Assembly: GCA_032128115.1 (NCBI GenBank)
Contig: JAQBHB010000031.1
Span: 64,001-128,000 of the forward strand
Reading direction: 5' to 3'
DNA length: 64,000 nucleotides
From: Deltaproteobacteria bacterium
GTDB lineage: Bacteria; Myxococcota_A; UBA9160; SMWR01
Below the pieces are notes generated by a model, which worked only from the letters and a program-made list of their open reading frames with translations, had not been told where the DNA came from and ran no database searches. Position numbers and translations under genes: made by a program. Of this stretch, positions 57,160 to 64,000 are shown piece after piece. Position 1 is the stretch's first letter. Every line of letters starts with the position of its first letter.

Positions 57160-58005
57160 GTGGCTGAGGCCAAACCCGGACCGCTGGCCCGCCTGCTGGC
57201 CTGTCTCGACCTGGACACCCTCGACAGGGACCTGTTTCTTGGCGACCCGGGCCCTGGCGAGGGGCGGCTGTTCGGCGGCATGGTGGCGGCCCAGTGCGTG
57301 ATGGCGGCCGGCCTCACCGTGGATCGCGACCGCCACCTGCATTCACTTCACAGCTATTTCCTGCGCCCCGGGCGTCACGACGTACCCATCCGCATGCTGG
57401 TGGATCGCATCCGCGACGGGCGCACCTTCACCACGCGACGGGTCCAGGCTCACCAGGCGGGCGAGGCGATCTTCAGCATGTCCGCGAGCTTTGCGCTGCC
57501 CGAGGAGGGCATCTCCCACCAGGGGCCCGTGCCCGAGGCGCCGGGACCCGAGAATCTTCCCGAGTGGGAGGAGGTGCGGGCGCGCATCGCCGGGGCACCC
57601 AAGCGCATCGAGGCCAACGCGGTCCAGCTGCGGATGGTGGACCCGCCGCCCATGTCACCGGACGACCGCAGCCCCGCCTACCAGCGCAGCTGGATGCGCG
57701 TGGGGGGCGAGCTGCCCGACGACCGCCTGCTCCACACGGCCCTGCTCGTGTTCGCCACCGACCGGACCCTGCTGATGACCGCCGCGCGCCCCCACGGTCT
57801 TCCCTGGGGCCGCCGCATGAGTGCCAGCCTGGACCACTCGGTGTGGATCCACCGTCCTGTGTACTTCGAGGACTGGCTGCTCTATGTGAGCGAGAGCCCG
57901 GTGGCCCACGCCGCGCGCGGCCTCATCTTCGGGGGCCTCTACGACACAAAGGGCCAACGCGTGGCATCGGTGGCCCAGGAGGGCCTGATCCGCTCGCTCA
58001 AGTAG
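57160..58005 (+). CDS. tesB: Acyl-CoA thioesterase II
   Basis: RLFGGMVAAQ, HSLHSYFLRPG, RDGRTFTTRRV, ASLDHSVWIHRP, VASVAQEGLIR. Confidence 0.93.
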   Translation: MAEAKPGPLARLLACLDLDTLDRDLFLGDPGPGEGRLFGGMVAAQCVMAAGLTVDRDRHLHSLHSYFLRPGRHDVPIRMLVDRIRDGRTFTTRRVQAHQAGEAIFSMSASFALPEEGISHQGPVPEAPGPENLPEWEEVRARIAGAPKRIEANAVQLRMVDPPPMSPDDRSPAYQRSWMRVGGELPDDRLLHTALLVFATDRTLLMTAARPHGLPWGRRMSASLDHSVWIHRPVYFEDWLLYVSESPVAHAARGLIFGGLYDTKGQRVASVAQEGLIRSLK

Positions 58006-60658
58006 CGGACTCGCGCTCCTCGAACTCGGCGTCGGAGATCTGGAAGGCGCCGTCTTCGAGGGCTGGCGATGCTTCAAGCGTATGCGTCGCGACCCGCGCG
58101 CCCGCCAACACGTCGCCGAGCACGGGGGCCAGCCGCTCGAGCGTCGCCGGGTTGGCAGCCAGGCTCAGCCTCGCGACCCCGCGCCCCATGGAGACCTCGG
58201 CGTCCGACTTGCTCTTGTTGATGGCGTTCCAACACGAGATGCCCAGCGCGAAGCTTTCCGCATCCGAAGGGGCCGGCGCCGACGCGAAGTCGGCTTCTCC
58301 GGGCCAGGACGCCCGGTGGATGCTGGGCTCGCCCTTCTCGTCGGCGAAGGTCCACGACCACACCTCCTCGGTCACGTAGGGAAGGAACGGCGCGAACAGG
58401 CGCAGCAGTACGTCGAGCCCCAATCGGAGCGCCGCCACCGCCGAGGCGCGCCCCACCGGATCCTCTTCGCTGCGGGCGCGCACCTTGGCCAGCTCGATGA
58501 AGCTATCGGTGAAGCGCGTCCAGAAGAAGGTCTCGGTATCCGTGAGCGCTTGCGCGTGATTGAATTCCTCGAACGAGCGGGTGGCGCGCACCACGAGCGC
58601 GTGGAGCTCGGCAACGAAGGCGCGATCGATTTCCGCCTCGATCGGGCCCGCCTCGGCCGTCTGCGACAACACGAACTTTCCGGCGTTGAAGATCTTCGTG
58701 GCCAGACGCTTTCCGATCTTGAATACCTTCTCGTCCTCGGTGGTGTCGGTTCCCAGTCGCGCGCTTGCCGACCAGTAGCGGGCCCCGTCCGCCGTGTACT
58801 TCTCGATCAACGGCATGGGGGTGGTCACGTTGCCCTGGCTCTTGGCCATCTTCTTGCGATCGGGATCCAGGACCCAACCCGACACGACCACGTGGTGCCA
58901 CGGGATGCAGTTCTCGTGGAGCATGGCCTTGGCGATGGTGTAGAAGGCCCAGGTGCGGATGATCTCGTGGCTCTGGGGCCGGATGTCCGCCGGGAAGAGC
59001 CGCGCGTGGCGCTCCGGGTCGAGCGCCCAGTGGGAGCCGATCTGGGGCGTGAGTGAACTGGTGAACCAGGTATCGAAGATGTCGGTCTCGCCGGTGAAGC
59101 CGCCCGGCTGATCGCGCTGGCTCGCGTTGAATCCCACGGGCACGTCGCTGGTGGGATCCACCGGCAGCTGCTCGCGTTCGGCCACCAGGGGTCGGTCGTA
59201 GTTCCGGCCGCCCGCGCCATCCAGCGGATACCAGACGGGAATGGGCACCCCGAAGTAACGCTGGCGACTCACGCACCAGTCCAGGTTCAGACCTTCGGTC
59301 CAGTCGCGGTAGCGCGCGTGCATGAAGGACGGGTGCCACTGGATCTGTTCACCCTTGGCCAGGAGCTCCGCCTTCTTGTCCAGCAGCCGCACGAACCACT
59401 GCCGGGTGGGAACGAACTCGAGCGGCCGGTCTCCCTTCTCGTAGAACTTCACGGCGTGCTCGATGGGTTCTGGCTCACCCTGCAGCGGCGCTCCCGAACC
59501 CGTGGCGCTGCCCGCCGGGTCGCGCAACAGCTCTTCGATGCGCTTGCGAGCCTGGTTCACGTTCTTCCCGGCGAGTTCGGCGTAGAAGCGGTTGGCCGCA
59601 TCCGGATCGCTGCTGGGAAAGTCCTCGCTGCCGAATGTCACCGATGCGAGGCGGCCGTCGCGACCCACCAGCTGGCGCAGGGCCAGGCCCCGCTCGCGCC
59701 ACCAGTGGACGTCCGTAGCATCGCCGAAGGTACAGACCATCAGCACGCCCGTGCCCTTGCCCGGGTCGGCCAGCTCGCTCGCGAAGATCGGCACCGGAGC
59801 GCGGAAGAGCGGGGTGGTGGCGCTCTTCCCGAACAGGTCGCGGTAGCGCTCATCGTCGGGATGGGCCGTCACGCCCACGCACGCGGGCAACAGCTCGGGG
59901 CGCGTAGTGGCGATCACGAAGGAGCGGTCCGAGCCTTCCACGCCGAACTCGAGCCGGTAGTAGGCCCCGGGCCGGGGGCGGTCTTCCATCTCCGCCTGGG
60001 CCACCGCGGTCTGGAAGTCCACGTCCCAGCTGGTGGGCGAGTCCGTGTTGTAGACGTGGCCCTTCTCGAACAGATCCCGAAACGAGAGCTGGGCCAGGTG
60101 CCGACTGCGGGAGTCGATGGTGGCGTACTGCTGGCTCCAGTCCACGGACAGACCGATGCGCCGCCACAGATCCTCGAAGCTGCGCTCGTCCTCGCGCGTC
60201 ACATCGTGACAGAGCCCGATGAAATCGTTGCGCGCCACCAGTCGCGGGCGTTCCTTTCTCTGCTTCGCGGTGGCGGGCGAGAGGGACAGCCCCGGTTCGG
60301 GCTCGGCCCGGGGATCGCAGCGCACGTGGAAGTAGTTCTGGACGCGACGCTCGGTGGGCAGTCCGTTGTCGTCCCAACCCATGGGGTAGAAGACGTTCAT
60401 CCCGCACATGCGCTTGTAGCGCGCCACCACGTCCGTGTGGGTGTACGAGAAGACGTGCCCGATGTGCAGCGAGCCCGACACAGTGGGCGGCGGCGTATCG
60501 ACGACGAAGGTTTCGGCCCGCGAGCACGAGGGGTCGTAGCGGTAGGTGCCCCGCTTCTCCCACTCGGCATCCCATCGTTGTTCCGCGCCGGCGGCGTCGA
60601 AGTGCTTCGCGATCGTCGCCGGATCGATGGAGTGGACCCGCTTCTTCTCGCCGCTCAT
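57998..60658 (-). CDS. valS: Valyl-tRNA synthetase (archaeal/actinobacterial-type)
   Basis: DTPPPTVSGSLHIGH, GWDDNGLPTERRV, TTRPELL, DWCVSRQR, DTWFTSS, KMAKS; ATG at 60658. Confidence 0.95.
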   Translation of the reverse strand: MSGEKKRVHSIDPATIAKHFDAAGAEQRWDAEWEKRGTYRYDPSCSRAETFVVDTPPPTVSGSLHIGHVFSYTHTDVVARYKRMCGMNVFYPMGWDDNGLPTERRVQNYFHVRCDPRAEPEPGLSLSPATAKQRKERPRLVARNDFIGLCHDVTREDERSFEDLWRRIGLSVDWSQQYATIDSRSRHLAQLSFRDLFEKGHVYNTDSPTSWDVDFQTAVAQAEMEDRPRPGAYYRLEFGVEGSDRSFVIATTRPELLPACVGVTAHPDDERYRDLFGKSATTPLFRAPVPIFASELADPGKGTGVLMVCTFGDATDVHWWRERGLALRQLVGRDGRLASVTFGSEDFPSSDPDAANRFYAELAGKNVNQARKRIEELLRDPAGSATGSGAPLQGEPEPIEHAVKFYEKGDRPLEFVPTRQWFVRLLDKKAELLAKGEQIQWHPSFMHARYRDWTEGLNLDWCVSRQRYFGVPIPVWYPLDGAGGRNYDRPLVAEREQLPVDPTSDVPVGFNASQRDQPGGFTGETDIFDTWFTSSLTPQIGSHWALDPERHARLFPADIRPQSHEIIRTWAFYTIAKAMLHENCIPWHHVVVSGWVLDPDRKKMAKSQGNVTTPMPLIEKYTADGARYWSASARLGTDTTEDEKVFKIGKRLATKIFNAGKFVLSQTAEAGPIEAEIDRAFVAELHALVVRATRSFEEFNHAQALTDTETFFWTRFTDSFIELAKVRARSEEDPVGRASAVAALRLGLDVLLRLFAPFLPYVTEEVWSWTFADEKGEPSIHRASWPGEADFASAPAPSDAESFALGISCWNAINKSKSDAEVSMGRGVARLSLAANPATLERLAPVLGDVLAGARVATHTLEASPALEDGAFQISDAEFEERESAT

Positions 60659-60734
60659 CGCAGGCCTCTTTGCTCGAGGAACTCGCGAGCATAAACCAGG
60701 CGCCCGGGGGCCACCCGCACGGGCGCTCGCGCCG

Positions 60735-62324
60735 TCAGGATCGGGGCCGGCGCATGGGCACGAAGGCGGTCTGGACACCGCGTTGCACCAGCAGCAGTGC
60801 GCGAACGCCCGTGGCGTCGAGTTTCTGGTCCAGGTCGGCCGCGCTGGCCACCGGCGCCCGGTTCACCTCCAGAAGCAGATCGCCCTTGCGAAGGCCCGCC
60901 CGTCCGGCGGGCTCCCCGGGCGTGACATCGCGCACCAGAACGCCTCCCCGGCTGCGCGCACCCAGACGCTTTCGCTGGGCCGGGGTCAGATCGGCTACCT
61001 CCAACCCGAAAGCCGCGGCCCCACCGGTAGGCGCTTTCGCGCGGACCGCCAGGGTGGGCTCGGGCAGTTGTCCCACTCGGACGCGCAGGGTGTCGGGGCT
61101 GCCTTCGCGCACGATGTCCACGTTCACGCTGTCGCCCACCGAGGTGCGCGACACCAGGCGCGGAAGGTCCCGCATACGCTGCACCGGCTCGCCGCCGAAG
61201 CCAACGATCAGATCGCCGCGCTGGATTCCCGCCTCGTCGGCGGGACTCCCGGACGCCACCGAGCCCACCAGGGCTCCGACACCCGCGTCGATCTGCAGTG
61301 CCTCGGCGAGCTCCGGGGTCACGCTCTGGATGCTCACACCCAGCCAACCTCGCGTGACCCGGCCCTGCTCGCGGAGTTGGGGAAGGATCTCCTTCGCCAC
61401 GTCGATGGGCACGGCGAAGCCGATGGTGTTGGCGCGGGGGTTGATCGCGGTGTTGATCCCGATCACCTGTCCCGCCACGTTGAGCAGGGGCCCGCCCGAG
61501 TTGCCCGGATTGATGGCCGCATCGGTCTGGATGAAGTCGTCGTAGGGACCCTGGCCAATGTCGCGGCCCTTGGCGCTCACGATCCCTACCGTCACCGTGT
61601 GCTCGAGCCCGAACGGGTTGCCAATGGCCACCACCCAGTCGCCCGGGAGCACCGCCTCGGAGCTGCCCAGCGTGAGTGGATGGAGATCCTGGCGGCCTTC
61701 CACACGGATCAGGGCAATGTCGGTCTTGGGATCCTGACCCACGATCACCGCCGGTGACGCGGAGCCGTCGAGGAACATCACCTGGATGCTGTCGACGCCG
61801 TCCACCACGTGGTAGTTGGTGACGATGTAACCATCCGCTGAGATCACGAAGCCCGTGCCCAGGCTCGGAACTTCGAACTCCTGGGGCCCCGGAGTGGCGC
61901 CCGGGCTTCGGCCCAGGAAGGGGAAGCCCGGGAGGTCGGGGGCCTGGACCACGGTTTTCGAGGTGGCCACCTTCACCACGCCGGGGGCCGCCCGGCTCGC
62001 CAGCTCGGCGAACCGGGAGTGCTCGGGGGCGGCCGCGCCCGCCGGGGGCTCGAGCCAGAACGACCCCTCGCTGGGGGAGATGGCGGGGCTCGCCGGGGCC
62101 GCCGGCTCCGGGTCCCTGAGCGTGCCCATGCGGTGCAGGATTCCCGTCGAGGCCACCAGGATGCCCAGGCCGCAACCCACGGCCGTTCCCACCGCCACCT
62201 TCAGCCAACCCGTCAATCCAGGCCCTCCCGAGCGAACCAACCTGACGCCTCGCGAGCCCCCCGTCCAGGCATCGCCGTCCGGGGCCGCATCGCCCGTCCC
62301 AGGAGGCCTCCCGTCGCGCGACAT
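60735..62324 (-). CDS. HtrA/DegP-family serine protease with two PDZ domains
   Basis: [40 protein letters not shown]; start uncertain. Confidence 0.93.
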   Translation of the reverse strand: MSRDGRPPGTGDAAPDGDAWTGGSRGVRLVRSGGPGLTGWLKVAVGTAVGCGLGILVASTGILHRMGTLRDPEPAAPASPAISPSEGSFWLEPPAGAAAPEHSRFAELASRAAPGVVKVATSKTVVQAPDLPGFPFLGRSPGATPGPQEFEVPSLGTGFVISADGYIVTNYHVVDGVDSIQVMFLDGSASPAVIVGQDPKTDIALIRVEGRQDLHPLTLGSSEAVLPGDWVVAIGNPFGLEHTVTVGIVSAKGRDIGQGPYDDFIQTDAAINPGNSGGPLLNVAGQVIGINTAINPRANTIGFAVPIDVAKEILPQLREQGRVTRGWLGVSIQSVTPELAEALQIDAGVGALVGSVASGSPADEAGIQRGDLIVGFGGEPVQRMRDLPRLVSRTSVGDSVNVDIVREGSPDTLRVRVGQLPEPTLAVRAKAPTGGAAAFGLEVADLTPAQRKRLGARSRGGVLVRDVTPGEPAGRAGLRKGDLLLEVNRAPVASAADLDQKLDATGVRALLLVQRGVQTAFVPMRRPRS

Positions 62325-62395
62325 GCTTGCGCGGGCCCGGACAGAGGGATAGCCTCCGTGCCCCCGGAGGGCACTCCCGGAGATTCGAGGACGTC

Positions 62396-62701
62396 ATGGC
62401 CAAGAAGTCCCAGGTGTTGCGCGATCTGCGCCGCGAAAAGCTGATCAAGAAATACGCAGCGAGGCGCGCCGAGCTGCGTGAGAAGCTCAGGGATACCAAC
62501 GTCTCCGTAGACGAGAAGCTCGAAGTCCAGGAGCAATTCGCCAAGCTGCCGCGCAACTCCTGCCCGACGCGTCTGAATCGGCGCTGCCGGATCTCGGGTC
62601 GCTCGCGCAGCTACTACCGCAAGTTCGGAATCTCCCGCATCGCCCTTCGCGAGCTGGCGCTTCGGGGTCAGCTCCCCGGCATGCGCAAGTCGAGCTGGTA
62701 G
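62396..62701 (+). CDS. rpsN: 30S ribosomal protein S14, long zinc-independent form
   Basis: 101 aa; [40 protein letters not shown]; no CxxC pairs. Confidence 0.95.
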   Translation: MAKKSQVLRDLRREKLIKKYAARRAELREKLRDTNVSVDEKLEVQEQFAKLPRNSCPTRLNRRCRISGRSRSYYRKFGISRIALRELALRGQLPGMRKSSW

Positions 62702-62710
62702 GGAGCCCCC

Positions 62711-62959
62711 GTGAAGGCCGACATCCATCCCGCCTACAACAAGGTGATCTTCATCGATACCGCCACGGGTAGCGAGTGGATTACGCGCTCGACCCTGTCG
62801 TCCAACGAGAAGCGTGAAGTGGACGGCGAGCAGATCCCGGTGGTGCGCCTGGAAATCTCGGCCTACAGCCATCCCTTCTGGACCGGCAAGATGCGGGAGA
62901 TGGACGCGGACGGAAAGATCGATCGCTACCGTCGTCGCTACGCCAGCAAGAAGAAGTAG
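62711..62959 (+). CDS. rpmE2: 50S ribosomal protein L31 type B (zinc-independent)
   Basis: MKADIHPAY..VIFID..TRST..EISAYSHPFWTG; no Cys. Confidence 0.94.
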   Translation: MKADIHPAYNKVIFIDTATGSEWITRSTLSSNEKREVDGEQIPVVRLEISAYSHPFWTGKMREMDADGKIDRYRRRYASKKK

Positions 62960-62974
62960 AGACCCGAGGAACCC

Positions 62975-63304
62975 ATGTCGCGCACCTGTCAGCTCACGGG
63001 GAAGGGCACCCAGTTCGGGCACAACGTCTCCCATTCGAATCGGAAGACGAATCGGCGTTTCCAGCCCAACCTTCAGAAGGCCACGCTGTTCAGCGAAGCG
63101 TTGCGCCGGGGCGTTGGGATTCGCGTCTCGACCCGGGCCCTGCGCTCGGTGGTGCGGGCCGGTGGCCTGGATTCCTACCTGCTGGGCACCGCCGATGAGA
63201 AACTCGCGCCGGTAGGGCTGCGCCTCAAGCGGCTGGTGAAGAAGACCGTGGCAGGCACCCCGGCGAAGAAGCCGCAGGCTGCGGCCGAAACCGCCTCCGC
63301 GTAG
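62975..63304 (+). CDS. rpmB: 50S ribosomal protein L28 (zinc-independent type)
   Basis: [38 protein letters not shown]. Confidence 0.94.
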   Translation: MSRTCQLTGKGTQFGHNVSHSNRKTNRRFQPNLQKATLFSEALRRGVGIRVSTRALRSVVRAGGLDSYLLGTADEKLAPVGLRLKRLVKKTVAGTPAKKPQAAAETASA

Positions 63305-63321
63305 CTTCCCGGAGCCCCTCC

Positions 63322-64000
63322 ATGGCCTTTCACGGAAACGTCGCGCTTGTCACCGGCGGTGGCAGTGGCATGGGCCGGCTGGCCGCCCAACGACTCGCGG
63401 GCGCCGGCGCTTCTGTAGCCGCGGTGGACGTGAATGAAGCCGGCCTGCGCGAAACGGCAAGCGGCTTCGACAACCTGCACACCCACCCCCTGGACGTAAC
63501 CGATGCCCAGGCCGTGCAGGCACGGGTGAAACAGATCGAATCCGACCTGGGCCCCATCGACCGCGTCTACAACGCCGCCGCCATCATGCCCACGGCGCTC
63601 CTGCTGGATCAGGATCTGGACGAGATCCACCGCATCATGGAGGTCAACTACGGCGGCCTGGTCAACGTGACCAAGTCTGTGCTTCCGGACATGCTCGAAC
63701 GCGGCCGCGGAGATCTGATCCAGTTCGCCTCGCTTGCAGGCTGGATTCCCACGCTCCACTTCGGCGCCTACAACGCCTCGAAGTTCGCCGTCGTCGCGTT
63801 CACGGAGGTCCTGTACCACGAGACCCGCGGGCGGGGTGTTCGCATCGCCTGTGTGTGTCCGCCGCCGGTGGCCACACCACTCCTGGCCCAGGCAAAGAGC
63901 CGCCCCAAGCTGCTTGACCAATCGCCGCCCATCGAGCCCTCGCTGGTGCTCGACGCCATCGAGCGCTCCCTGGAAGCCAGAAAGCTCTGGGTCTACCCGG
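63322..64000 (+). CDS. SDR-family oxidoreductase (3' truncated; absent from the ORF track)
   Basis: Manual translation: MAFHGNVALVTGGGSGMG..VYNAAAIMP..EVNYGG..FASLAG..YNASKFAV. Confidence 0.9.
   Translation, partial: MAFHGNVALVTGGGSGMGRLAAQRLAGAGASVAAVDVNEAGLRETASGFDNLHTHPLDVTDAQAVQARVKQIESDLGPIDRVYNAAAIMPTALLLDQDLDEIHRIMEVNYGGLVNVTKSVLPDMLERGRGDLIQFASLAGWIPTLHFGAYNASKFAVVAFTEVLYHETRGRGVRIACVCPPPVATPLLAQAKSRPKLLDQSPPIEPSLVLDAIERSLEARKLWVYP

Overview
High-GC bacterial chromosomal window, densely coding, with about 50 CDS. I saw no rRNA, tRNA, CRISPR array, integrase or transposase. A PEP-CTERM protein, many lipoproteins, outer-membrane barrels and a lipid-catabolic enzyme set (BVMO, LLM/F420, TesB, CoA-transferase III, SDRs) point to a diderm Myxococcota/deltaproteobacterial-type organism; this taxonomy is inference. 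Housekeeping genes include typA, msrA, xth, tesB, valS, an HtrA protease and a cluster of zinc-free rpsN-rpmE2-rpmB paralogs. The most striking region is a ~12 kb, nine-gene locus of two convergent operons (30.6-42.4 kb). It encodes a MotA/TolQ/ExbB channel plus two vWA proteins whose N-terminal TM helices carry the ExbD/MotB-type Asp, which suggests an ion-driven motor with a heterodimeric vWA-tipped B subunit. It also encodes a degenerate Hsp70/actin-fold+FHA-like protein, a pseudokinase-TM-TPR protein, an FHA-like-TM-5xPEGA-FGE/SUMF1 protein, two lipoproteins and a small exported protein. Two of these genes carry single-base frameshifts, one at a T9 tract. Other notable items are an MMPL transporter fused to a cNMP-binding and a TerB-like domain in a probable lipid-export operon, a tandem pair of unknown membrane-anchored paralogs, a sigma54 promoter on the PEP-CTERM gene, a triple TetR-type operator and several short intergenic tandem repeats. 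All calls come from motif recognition by eye; no searches were run.
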